From: an uncultured Comamonadaceae bacterium | GTDB taxonomy: Bacteria; Pseudomonadota; Gammaproteobacteria; Burkholderiales; Burkholderiaceae_C | DNA length: 30,968 nt | Direction of reading: 5' to 3' | Assembly (NCBI GenBank): GCA_937871735.1 | Contig: CALMOI010000224.1 | Location: 1 to 30,968, forward strand | In this document: positions 8,638 through 17,601 of the stretch, in pieces | Numbering within the stretch: the stretch's first letter is position 1 | Layout: each line of letters opens with the position of its first letter | Translations under genes and position numbers: made by a program | Notes under the pieces: generated by a model | Told to the model about the DNA's origin: nothing | Seen by the model: only the letters and a program-made list of their open reading frames with translations | Databases searched by the model: none

Positions 8638-10050
8638 TCAGTCCGTCAGCACCCGCACCTTGACGCTCTTGCCCTTGATGCGCCCGGCGTTCAAGCGGCT
8701 GGCGACTTGGGCGGCAATGGCCCGATCCACCGCCACGTAGGTTGACCACTCGTTGACGTTGATCTTGCCCACTTGCTCGCGGGTGTAGCCCAAGTCAGCG
8801 GTGAGCGCGCCCAGCACGTCGCCGGGACGGATTTTTTCCTTGCGCCCGCCTTGGATGTGCAGCGTCGCCATCGGCGGCACCAGCGGGCCGTTGCCCGTTG
8901 GTGTCAGTTCGCTGACCGGGCTCCACACCGACTCGCGGCCTTGCAGCACTTCGATCTTGCCGACGTAGCCCATTTCCTCGTTGGCGCTGACCAAGTTCAG
9001 GGCCAGCCCTGCTTCGCCCGCACGGCCTGTGCGTCCAATGCGGTGGATGTGGACTTCCGCATCCGGGGTGACATCCACGTTGATGACGGCGGCCAAGTTG
9101 GCGATGTCCAGCCCGCGTGCGGCCACGTCGGTGGCGACCAGCACCGAGCAGCTGCGGTTGGCAAACTGCACCAGCACTTGGTCGCGCTCGCGCTGCTCCA
9201 GCTCGCCAAACAGCGCCAGCGCCGAAAAGCCCTGCGCTTGCAGCACCGCGACCAAATCGCGGCATTGCGCTTTGGTGTTGCAAAACGCCAGCGTGCTGGC
9301 CGGGCGGAAGTGGTTCAGCAGCAAGCTGACGGCGTGCAGCCGCTCGCTGTCTTTGATTTCGTACCAGCGCTGTTCGATTTGGCCGCCTGCGTGCTGGGCT
9401 TCGACTTTCACCGTCAGCGGCTCGCGCATGAACTGGTTCGCCAGCTTGGCGATGCCTTCGGGGTAAGTCGCAGAGAACAGCAGCGTCTGGCGCGTTTTGG
9501 GGCACTGACGCGCCACGGTGACGATGTCTTCGAAGAAGCCCATGTCGAGCATCCGGTCGGCCTCGTCCAGCACCAGCGTGGCCAAGGCTTCGAGTTGCAG
9601 GCTGCCGCGCTCCAAGTGATCCATCACCCGGCCTGGCGTGCCGACCACGATGTGCGCGCCATGCTCCAGCGTGGCGAGCTGTCCGCGCAGCGGCACACCG
9701 CCGCACAGGGTCACAACCTTGATGTTGTCTTCGGCGCGGGCCAAGCGGCGGATTTCGGTGGTCACTTGGTCGGCCAATTCGCGCGTGGGGCACAGCACCA
9801 GCGCTTGCACCGCAAAGCGGCGGGCGTTCAAGTTGGCCAACAGCGGCAGGGCGAAAGCACAGGTTTTGCCGCTGCCAGTTTTGGCTTGGGCAATCAAGTC
9901 TTTGCCCAATAAAGCAGCGGGCAGACTGGCCGCTTGGATCGGGGTCATCTGCGTGTAGCCGAGCTGGGTCAGGTTGGCCAGCGTGGCGGGCGACAGGGAC
10001 AGGCGACTGAAATCAGTCGCAGCAGCGGAGGCGGGAGAAGATGAGGTCAT
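8638..10050 (-). CDS. dbpA: 23S rRNA-dependent DEAD-box RNA helicase DbpA
   Basis: Q-motif TPIQ, AKTGSGKT, PTRELA, TPGR, DEAD, SAT, ARGLD and HRIGRTGR motifs; C-terminal DbpA RNA-binding domain GGRKEKIRPGDVLGAL. Confidence 0.94.
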   Translation of the reverse strand: MTSSSPASAAATDFSRLSLSPATLANLTQLGYTQMTPIQAASLPAALLGKDLIAQAKTGSGKTCAFALPLLANLNARRFAVQALVLCPTRELADQVTTEIRRLARAEDNIKVVTLCGGVPLRGQLATLEHGAHIVVGTPGRVMDHLERGSLQLEALATLVLDEADRMLDMGFFEDIVTVARQCPKTRQTLLFSATYPEGIAKLANQFMREPLTVKVEAQHAGGQIEQRWYEIKDSERLHAVSLLLNHFRPASTLAFCNTKAQCRDLVAVLQAQGFSALALFGELEQRERDQVLVQFANRSCSVLVATDVAARGLDIANLAAVINVDVTPDAEVHIHRIGRTGRAGEAGLALNLVSANEEMGYVGKIEVLQGRESVWSPVSELTPTGNGPLVPPMATLHIQGGRKEKIRPGDVLGALTADLGYTREQVGKINVNEWSTYVAVDRAIAAQVASRLNAGRIKGKSVKVRVLTD

Positions 10051-10084
10051 TCCCGATTATCGACGGCCCGGCCCGCGCCTGCCC

Positions 10085-13000
10085 TCAAAGCCAGGCTTGC
10101 AGCGCGTCCTTGGTGCGTGTCCAAGTCGCTTGCAGACGCAGCAAGCTGGCCGCACTGTCGTCGGGCATACCGCGTTTGGCTTGCTGTTCGATCTCGGTGC
10201 ATTGGGCTTGCACGGCAATCGCACCGATGTTGCTGGCAGCGCCCTTCAAGGCGTGAGCCGCCAATGACAGGGTAACGGGGTCGTTGGCCTGAGCGGCGGC
10301 CTCAATCGCGGCCAAGCGCTTGGGGCCGTCAGACAGAAACAGGCCCACCACCTCGTGGATCATGGTTTGCTGCTCGTCATCGAACTCGCGGAATTCTTCA
10401 AGGCGACCAAAGTCCATCACCGGCCCGCTGTGCAATGTCAGGGTCACGCCGGTCGAATCTGCCGTGTGCAAGGCGCGGGAGCTGTCTTGCAGCAAGGCGT
10501 GGGTCTCGAACACGCTGGCGCGCACACTGAGCCACTGATCGAGTTTTTGCGACAGCGTGACCACTTGCAGCGGCTTGGTGAGGTAATCCACCATGCCCGC
10601 TGCTTCGCAGCGCAGGCGGTCTTCGGGCAAAGCGGCTGCTGTCAACGCGATGATGGGCGGTGCTTTCGCCCCCCAAGCCGACAAAATTTGCCGCGTGGCT
10701 TCTAAGCCATCCACGTCGGGCATGTTCACGTCCATCAAGATCGCGCCAAAAGGTTGGTGTCGCGCCATAGAACGCGCCACCGCGACCACGGCTTCACGCC
10801 CATCCACAGCGGTACTGATGTCGTAGCCCAGTTTGCGCAACATGGCGCAGGCCACTTTCAGGTTGATGGCATTGTCGTCAGCCACCAAGATGGTGACGTT
10901 TTTCTTAGGATCGGCCAACACGGGATCTATGGTTTCCATGACTTCGAAATTAGCAGAAATACAACGCGCCAGCGTCTCGCACAGTTGCGCTTGACGCACG
11001 GGTTTGAGCAAGCGCGCATCAAACAGCCGCCCCATATCGCTGCCTGATGGCATGAAGCCCGAACTCAGCAGCACCAGCGGGATCACATGCCAATGCAGAT
11101 GCTCGCGCAAAATGCGTGCTAACTCCATGCCGTCCATGTCCGGCATGTGCATGTCGGTGATGATCAAATCTGGCAGCAAATCCGTACGGCGCAGTTGCTC
11201 TAGCGCCTGGACTCCAGACTCAACGGCAGTGACTTGCATGCCCCATCGCTCCAACTGGCGCTTGAGGATACGCACATTGGTGGGGTGATCGTCCACCACC
11301 AACACTTGCGTGCCGCACAGCAGCTCGACACCGGCCAAGTTGCTGGCACTGGGGGCCGAATCACTCAGCGGAGCACGCAAGGTGAACCAAAAGCTCGATC
11401 CCTGGCCGGGTCGGCTGGAAACGCCAATGCTACCGCCCATCATCTTGACCAAGCGCCGACAAATCGCCAGCCCCAAACCTGAGCCGCCGTATTTGCGGGT
11501 GGTCGAGGCATCAACTTGCGAGAAAGCCTCAAACAGCGAAGGCTGGCGGTCAGCAGGAATGCCAATGCCCGTGTCGGTGACGCGAAATTCCAGTTCCACA
11601 GCACCATGCAAAGCTTGCAAAGAGGTGCCCAACGTAGCGTTGGCCGGAACCTCGTGCGGCGGATCAAGATGCAGCAACCTCACAGACACGGTGACATCGC
11701 CATGCTGCGTGAACTTGACCGCGTTGTTCACCAAGTTGATCAGCACTTGGCGCAGCCGGGTCACATCACCCAGCACGGCAGCAGGAAAGCGGTCCTCGCC
11801 GACTTCAGGCATGTCGATGATCAGCTCCAGCCCCTTGTCGCGGGCACGGGGCGCTGCGATATCGCACGCTTCTTCCACGGCACCACGCAAACTGAGCGGC
11901 TCTACTTCCAAGTGCAGCTTGCCGGATTCGATTTTGGAAAAATCCAAAACGTCGTTGATCACGGCCAGCAACTGGTCGCTGGACAGCCGCACGGTCTGCA
12001 AGTAATCGCGCTGCTCGGGATCGAGCGGGGTTTCAGCCAACAGCGCCGTCATGCCAACCACGCCATTGAGCGGTGTGCGTATCTCATGGCTCATGGTGGC
12101 CAAAAACGCAGCTTTGGCGCGCACGGCGGCCAGCGCCTCTTCGCGCGAGGCGGCCAACTCGGCGGTGCGCTCGGCCACACGGGTTTCCAAGGTTTCGTTA
12201 GACCGCTGAAGCTCCAGCGCATTGGCTTTCACTTGGGCTTGGTAGCTTTGCAGCTGGCGGGCACTGTCGTGCAGCACTTGCGAGAGTTCGCGAACTTCGT
12301 CGATGTGGGTGAGTTGATCCACCACGGGCACTTCGCCTCGGCCCATGCTGCCTGCCGCATCACTGAGTTGTTGCAACTGGCTGCTGATGCTGCGCGTCAG
12401 CAGCCACGCAAACTGCACGCCCAACAGCGCCAGCGCCACGATCAGACCCAGCGAAACATGCCACGCCTGTTGAATATCGGAGGTGAAATCACTCTCGGGC
12501 ACCACCACCACCAGCGTCCAGCGCAAACCCAGCGCCTCCGCAAAGGGTCGCTGCACCATCAACAGCGTTCCCTGTGCCGATGGCAGGCGCTGCAAGCGGG
12601 TGTCGCTGGACATCACATCGGGCGGGCGTTGTGCCAGCAAGTCGGTCAAGGCGGCAAAGCTGGTGCGGATCACCGGATTGGCACTGTCACGCGGACTCAC
12701 GCGCTGGAAGTCCGACCCGCCGTGGGTCAACAACACATCGCCTGCTGAACTGGCAACCAATGCCAAGTTTTCATCCACCACGAAAGCCGCACCGTGGGAG
12801 CTGATGCGCTGAACGCGCAACGCATCGGCCAAGGGCTGGAGCTGTAAATCCACACCCAATGCGCCAGCAACCCCACCACGAAAACCCGGCACAGGTTGCG
12901 ACAGGCGCACCATCAACTGTTGGCGTTCAGGCACCACAGGCGAGAACACGCGCTCGCCCGCACGCTCAGCGCCTTGGTACCAATCGCTGGTGCACGGATC

Positions 13001-13489
13001 ATAGGAGCCAATTTCGGCATTCAAAAAGTGACTGCGATCACCAGGGCGCTGCGCCAAATAAAAGGCGCGCCCCTTGTCGGTGGGGCGGTGTACGCCGACT
13101 TTCACGCCCACAGATGTCGGTTCGACACCTAAATAATTGCCTCGCGCATCGCCGATATACAACGCAGAAATATGAGGTGACTGGCGCATCAACGCAAACG
13201 CCATGGTTTCAAAGGCGGTGGTGTCATGCAGCCAGCCCCGGATCACCGCAGCCTCCGAGGGTGAGGGCTTGGGCGAAGTCAGGGCATTGAGCACCTTATG
13301 CGCTTGCAACAAATGATCTTCGGAACTGATCTGCACGCGATCGGCCACATGGGTCAAGATGCTGCCCGCCATGTCTTCGGCAGCACGCGAGCTGGCGTGC
13401 AGCAACAGCAAGCCCACCAGCACGGTAGGCACCAGTGCCAGCAACACCAAACTAACCCCCAGGATTTTCCGAACCGAGAACAGTTGCAT
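10085..13489 (-). CDS. Membrane hybrid histidine kinase: TM-Cache-like-TM-HAMP-HisKA-HATPase-REC-REC-HPt
   Basis: Two hydrophobic segments flank a periplasmic domain; [31 protein letters not shown] and GGSGLGL motifs; REC1 VDDHPTN/TDMHMP; REC2 ADDNAIN/MDVNMP; HPt AHALKGA. The Cache assignment is inferred from size and topology. Confidence 0.92.
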   Translation of the reverse strand: MQLFSVRKILGVSLVLLALVPTVLVGLLLLHASSRAAEDMAGSILTHVADRVQISSEDHLLQAHKVLNALTSPKPSPSEAAVIRGWLHDTTAFETMAFALMRQSPHISALYIGDARGNYLGVEPTSVGVKVGVHRPTDKGRAFYLAQRPGDRSHFLNAEIGSYDPCTSDWYQGAERAGERVFSPVVPERQQLMVRLSQPVPGFRGGVAGALGVDLQLQPLADALRVQRISSHGAAFVVDENLALVASSAGDVLLTHGGSDFQRVSPRDSANPVIRTSFAALTDLLAQRPPDVMSSDTRLQRLPSAQGTLLMVQRPFAEALGLRWTLVVVVPESDFTSDIQQAWHVSLGLIVALALLGVQFAWLLTRSISSQLQQLSDAAGSMGRGEVPVVDQLTHIDEVRELSQVLHDSARQLQSYQAQVKANALELQRSNETLETRVAERTAELAASREEALAAVRAKAAFLATMSHEIRTPLNGVVGMTALLAETPLDPEQRDYLQTVRLSSDQLLAVINDVLDFSKIESGKLHLEVEPLSLRGAVEEACDIAAPRARDKGLELIIDMPEVGEDRFPAAVLGDVTRLRQVLINLVNNAVKFTQHGDVTVSVRLLHLDPPHEVPANATLGTSLQALHGAVELEFRVTDTGIGIPADRQPSLFEAFSQVDASTTRKYGGSGLGLAICRRLVKMMGGSIGVSSRPGQGSSFWFTLRAPLSDSAPSASNLAGVELLCGTQVLVVDDHPTNVRILKRQLERWGMQVTAVESGVQALEQLRRTDLLPDLIITDMHMPDMDGMELARILREHLHWHVIPLVLLSSGFMPSGSDMGRLFDARLLKPVRQAQLCETLARCISANFEVMETIDPVLADPKKNVTILVADDNAINLKVACAMLRKLGYDISTAVDGREAVVAVARSMARHQPFGAILMDVNMPDVDGLEATRQILSAWGAKAPPIIALTAAALPEDRLRCEAAGMVDYLTKPLQVVTLSQKLDQWLSVRASVFETHALLQDSSRALHTADSTGVTLTLHSGPVMDFGRLEEFREFDDEQQTMIHEVVGLFLSDGPKRLAAIEAAAQANDPVTLSLAAHALKGAASNIGAIAVQAQCTEIEQQAKRGMPDDSAASLLRLQATWTRTKDALQAWL

Positions 13490-13503
13490 TCGGACGACGA
13501 GCT

Positions 13504-14622
13504 TTACAGCGCCAACTCCACCAACTCAGCCGCATCCAAAGGTGCCGCACGACCTGGCAACTGCACCAAGGCACGCCGGTTGATACGTACCGCCCCAGTG
13601 ATGCCACGCAAAGCACTGACACTGACCGCAATACCCCAACCCAGGGTATGTGCCTGTTTTTGCAGCAGCATGGTGGTGGTCACTGCCTCGCCGACCGGCA
13701 AAATTTGCGGTGCTACATCATGCAAAGGGTCTTGCAACCGGGTCAAGGTGACCGGGCCACTGTGCAGTGCGATGTTGATTTCAAACTCAGGCAACTGCCG
13801 GTCAGGGTACTGGGTTTTGAGATATTGGCGAATGCTGCGTGCCGAATCCGTCAGCCCAATGGCTGCGCGGGCCGCCCGCAAACCATGCGACACCGATTGG
13901 GTATCGCTGGAGTCCACAAAAATCGCCAACAGACCCTCGCCGATGAACTGCATCTGGCGCGCGCCAAACAAGTAGACCGTGTCACCCGCGCTGCCATAAA
14001 AGCGCTTGACCAACTCGCTGAGCTCTTGGCTGCTCAGGCGCTCAGACACGGCGGCGTAACTGGGAATGTCCACGAACAGCACGGTGGCGTGGGCAAATTT
14101 TTCGTCCACGGCTGCGCCGTCTCCGGTGGGCCAGCGGTCGCTCAGCGCATTGGCCAGTCGGCGCTCATAGAGTTTGGCCAACTGCTCGGTGTGGGTGTCT
14201 AGCGCGGTGCGCACGGCCGCATCAACGGCCATGTTTTGCAAACGCGCTTGCATTTCGCGTTTTTTGAGCTGCGCCATCACGGCTTCGCGCAGTTCGCCGG
14301 GGCGAAATGGCTTGGTGATGTAGTCGTCCGCCCCCGAGGTCATGCCGATGCGCATGTGAACGCGGTCTTGCAGTGAGGTGAGCAAGATGGCGGGCGTTCC
14401 CGCCACCATGACATTGCGACGCACCGCTGCCAGCATGTCAAAGCCGTTGAGGCCCGGCATTTGCACGTCACTCAAAATCAAGTCTGGGCGGCGTGATTCG
14501 ACCAGTGCCAGCCCTTGCGTACCATCCTCGGCCAACAACACTTCGTGCCCGTCCCTGATCAGCACAGAGGCCACAAGCATACGAGTGCCAGCATCGTCCT
14601 CCGCGACAACGATCAGCGCCAT
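13504..14622 (-). CDS. Response regulator: REC + degenerate class III adenylate/guanylate cyclase domain
   Basis: REC AEDD...LSDVQMP...LTS...ITKP; helical linker; cyclase-like ATVLFVDI...QFIGEGLLAIF...IALHSGPV...VGEAVTTTMLLQ. Start placed at ATG 14622 (MALIVVAED); its stop is 14 nt from the kinase start. Confidence 0.88.
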   Translation of the reverse strand: MALIVVAEDDAGTRMLVASVLIRDGHEVLLAEDGTQGLALVESRRPDLILSDVQMPGLNGFDMLAAVRRNVMVAGTPAILLTSLQDRVHMRIGMTSGADDYITKPFRPGELREAVMAQLKKREMQARLQNMAVDAAVRTALDTHTEQLAKLYERRLANALSDRWPTGDGAAVDEKFAHATVLFVDIPSYAAVSERLSSQELSELVKRFYGSAGDTVYLFGARQMQFIGEGLLAIFVDSSDTQSVSHGLRAARAAIGLTDSARSIRQYLKTQYPDRQLPEFEINIALHSGPVTLTRLQDPLHDVAPQILPVGEAVTTTMLLQKQAHTLGWGIAVSVSALRGITGAVRINRRALVQLPGRAAPLDAAELVELAL

Positions 14623-14800
14623 AGTGAATTCACCCCATCGTAATTGTGTTAATTCCGATAGTGTCCGCGATACACCGGATTCTCTGTGCACCGCCGCAGT
14701 CCACCGCTAGCGCAATCTGCCGCTAGATTGCAACAACTACCGGAAAGTTGTAACTATCGCACAACACCACAACCGCAGGCCAGCGCGCTCGGTGCAGATA

Positions 14801-15334
14801 TCACGCAAATTCTTGGGCATGCATCCAAGCCGCGTGTTGGGGCGCGCGCTTGGTTAGGCTCCACTCATTGAGCATGTCCCACTTCACCGCGTCGAGCTTT
14901 TCGTACATCTCGGGCGTGCCGGTGTTGGCGGCCAATTCCAAACGGTGGCCGTTCGGGTCGAAGAAGTAAATCGACTTGAAGATCGCATGGTCAGTCAGTC
15001 CCACCACCGGGATGCCTGCCGCTTCAAGGCGCGCCTTGGTCGCCTCCAGCGTGGCGATGCTGTCCACCTCGAAGGCGATGTGCTGCACCCAGTCAGGGGT
15101 GTTGGTGTCGCGCCCCATCGGCGGCGAGGCGGGAATTTCAAAAAACGCCAGCACATTGCCTTGGCCCGCGTCTAAAAACACGTGCATGTACGGATCAGGC
15201 GCGTGGGTCGAGGGCACTTGGTTTTCAGCAATCGCGAGCACGAAATTCATGTTCAGGTGCTGGACGTACCAGTCCACGGTTTGCTTGGCATCTTTGCAGC
15301 GGTAAGCCACATGGTGAATTTTTTGGATCTTCAT
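14801..15334 (-). CDS. VOC-superfamily protein, probable single-domain ring-cleavage dioxygenase
   Basis: IHHVAYRC, YMHVF, QHIAF, DHAIFKSIYFFDPNGHRLELA; GGAG RBS upstream. Confidence 0.85.
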   Translation of the reverse strand: MKIQKIHHVAYRCKDAKQTVDWYVQHLNMNFVLAIAENQVPSTHAPDPYMHVFLDAGQGNVLAFFEIPASPPMGRDTNTPDWVQHIAFEVDSIATLEATKARLEAAGIPVVGLTDHAIFKSIYFFDPNGHRLELAANTGTPEMYEKLDAVKWDMLNEWSLTKRAPQHAAWMHAQEFA

Positions 15335-15401
15335 GGCAAAGAACTCCTGATAAGGGGTGACAGGGAAAAATCGGGAATCACGGTTGGCGGCAGCGCCTGC
15401 G

Positions 15402-15626
15402 TCAAACGCCCAGGCGCGCCAGCTTCAGCGCCTGGCGCAGCACGCTGATGTCGCCAATCTGGTTGGCCAGCAGCAAGATCAAGCGGGCGTTGAGCGCCTC
15501 GCTTTGTTCATCGCTCAGGTCGCGGTGGGTGTCGATCAGCGCTTCGTAAAAATCGTCGCCGGGCGAGAACTCACGAAAGTAGCGCTGGCCGGGTTCGCTC
15601 AAGTTCGGTTGCAGTTGCAAAGGCAT
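15402..15626 (-). CDS. DUF2783-like small protein (74 aa)
   Basis: PNL...DDFYEALIDTHRDLSDEQSEALNARLILLLANQIGD recognised as the DUF2783 pattern; GAGGA RBS before ATG 15626. Confidence 0.75.
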   Translation of the reverse strand: MPLQLQPNLSEPGQRYFREFSPGDDFYEALIDTHRDLSDEQSEALNARLILLLANQIGDISVLRQALKLARLGV

Positions 15627-15690
15627 AGAAGATGTCCTCAGGTGTGCGGTCAAGTGGGGTTGCAGCGGGGTTGCCGTGGGTGTGGGCCGC

Positions 15691-17424
15691 TCAGGCGTGG
15701 CCGATGGCGCGGGCCACGGCAGCGCGCACGCGGCTCGCATCGAAACTGCGCCAGCGGGCGGCCACGTGCTGATCGGGCCGGGCCAAATAGACGCTGCCGG
15801 GGTGCGCGTCATAGCGGCGGGCCATGCAGCCTTTGGTGTCGCTGATCACGGCGCAGCCCGCCTGCGCAGCGGCGGAGCTGCCAGCCGCATCGGTCACCGC
15901 GCCGGGCAGCAGCACCAGCAGCGGCTGCACCGCCACCGGGTCAGCCGCCAGCGCCTGCAATTGGGCGCAGGTGGCCGCATCCAGCACAGCGGCGCTGTCC
16001 ACAAACAGCAGCAGTTGGAAGCGGTTGCCCAACTGGTCGAGCAGCCAGCCCTCAGTTGCGGCAGCCTGATCGGACTGATCGGCCAGTGCGCTGAGCTGAA
16101 TCGGCGCATCGTCCATCGGTGCGCCGGGCACCATGTCGCCGGTGAAAACGTCACTGTCGGGCGTGTTCAGGCGTGAGGCGGTCAAGAAAGCAGGCACCGA
16201 CAAGCGCCCCGAGTTCACCAGCCGCCGCGCAAATGCATGGTCTTGTGCCAAGTCCAGCACCGCGTTGCGAAAGGTTTTGCTGACGCGGCTTTTAGGCGTG
16301 ATGAAATCGGTAGAGCGGGTGGAATTGAGCAAGTTCTCGTCCGCCGCGAAGGTGCGGTCGGCGCTGTAGCTGTCGAGCAGTGTGTCGGGGGCTAAGCCTT
16401 TGAGCACCAAGTCCAGTTTCCAAATCAAGTCGTCGGCGTCTTGAAAGCCAGAGTTCGCACCCCGTGCGCCAAACGGCGAGACTTGGTGCGCCGCATCGCC
16501 CACAAACAGCGCTCGCCCGTGGCGGAACTGCTTCATGCGCCGGCACTGGAAGGTGTAGATGCTGGCCCACTCCAGCTCGAACTCGCGCTCGTCGCCCAAC
16601 ATGGCTTTGACGCGGGGGATGATGTTTTCGGGCTTCTTTTCTTCTTCCGGGTCGGCGTCCCAACCCAGTTGGAAGTCGATGCGCCAGACGTTGTCGCTTT
16701 GCTTGTGCAGCAGCACGCTTTGGTTGCGGTGGAACGGCGGGTCGAACCAAAACCAGCGCTCCGCCGGGTAATCGGCCTTCATCACCACATCGGCAATCAA
16801 GAAGCGATCCATGAAGATGCGCCCGTCGATGTCCAGCCCCAGCAAATGGCGAATCGGGCTGCGTGCGCCGTCGGCCACGATCAGCCAGTCGGCTTCCAGG
16901 TCAAACGTGCCGTCGGGCGTGTCGACGCGCAGCGTGGCGTGGTCGTCGGCCAGTTGCACACCCACCACTTTGTAGCGCCAGCGGATGTCCGCGCCCAGCT
17001 CCAGCGCACGCTTGACCAGCGCGTCTTCCAGGTAGTACTGCTGCAAATTGATCATGCCGGGGCGCTTGTGGCCCGCGTCCGGCACCAAGTTGAATTGGTA
17101 GACCTCCTTGTCACGAAAGAAGGTGCGGCCCACGTTCCAGCTCACGCCCTTTTGGCACAGCGACTCACCCACGCCCAAGCGGTCTAGCACTTCCAGCGAA
17201 CGCTTGGCGTAGCACACCGCCCGCGAGCCGACTGAGACCGTGTCGTCATCGTCCAACACCAGCACCGGAATGCCTTTGAGCCGCGCGTCCACCGCCGCTG
17301 CCAAACCCACCGGGCCTGCGCCGACGATCACCAGCGGCTTGCGCTGCGGCGCTGTGCCGGGCGGCGCAGCCTGCAAATCAGCAGGCGCGGTGTACGGAAA
17401 TTTTGGGTAGATGTAAGACCCCAT
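15691..17424 (-). CDS. FAD-dependent aromatic hydroxylase (group A, PheA/TfdB/MhpA-like)
   Basis: GAGPVG Rossmann motif, VADGARS DG motif, GDAAHQVSPFGARGANSG GD motif, C-terminal thioredoxin-like domain with LARPDQHVAAR; GGAGA RBS. Confidence 0.9.
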   Translation of the reverse strand: MGSYIYPKFPYTAPADLQAAPPGTAPQRKPLVIVGAGPVGLAAAVDARLKGIPVLVLDDDDTVSVGSRAVCYAKRSLEVLDRLGVGESLCQKGVSWNVGRTFFRDKEVYQFNLVPDAGHKRPGMINLQQYYLEDALVKRALELGADIRWRYKVVGVQLADDHATLRVDTPDGTFDLEADWLIVADGARSPIRHLLGLDIDGRIFMDRFLIADVVMKADYPAERWFWFDPPFHRNQSVLLHKQSDNVWRIDFQLGWDADPEEEKKPENIIPRVKAMLGDEREFELEWASIYTFQCRRMKQFRHGRALFVGDAAHQVSPFGARGANSGFQDADDLIWKLDLVLKGLAPDTLLDSYSADRTFAADENLLNSTRSTDFITPKSRVSKTFRNAVLDLAQDHAFARRLVNSGRLSVPAFLTASRLNTPDSDVFTGDMVPGAPMDDAPIQLSALADQSDQAAATEGWLLDQLGNRFQLLLFVDSAAVLDAATCAQLQALAADPVAVQPLLVLLPGAVTDAAGSSAAAQAGCAVISDTKGCMARRYDAHPGSVYLARPDQHVAARWRSFDASRVRAAVARAIGHA

Positions 17425-17458
17425 GACGTTTGTCTCCGATGTGTTTGGGCGGACTTTT

Positions 17459-17481
17459 AATTCACTATTGGTAAATGAATT
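17459..17481. promoter_or_regulatory. AT-rich imperfect palindrome upstream of the monooxygenase (candidate operator)
   Basis: AATTCA-N11-TGAATT, with a nested ATTCAC-TATTG-GTAAAT. Confidence 0.4.
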
Positions 17482-17553
17482 TCTCTAAACGTAATTTTAA
17501 ACCGATTGCCATCCGCCGTGGGAACAAAAACACCCAGGTCAAACCCGCGTGTG

Positions 17554-17567
17554 TTGATCTGGATAAC
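17554..17567 (+). promoter_or_regulatory. FNR-like box upstream of the prenyltransferase
   Basis: TTGAT-CTGG-ATAAC matches 8/10 of TTGAT-N4-ATCAA. Its centre (17560.5) is 41.5 bp before ATG 17602, and a CAAAAT -10-like hexamer lies at 17591-17596. Confidence 0.5.
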
Positions 17568-17601
17568 TGGTGCATGCGGGGATTTTTCGCCAAAATAAGG
17601 C

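Noticed and set aside
4891-12748. Long overlapping shadow ORFs (e.g. 4891-6231, 8773-9912, 11516-12748)
   Set aside because: They are antisense to well-supported genes, have no recognisable motifs, and are expected in GC-rich DNA.
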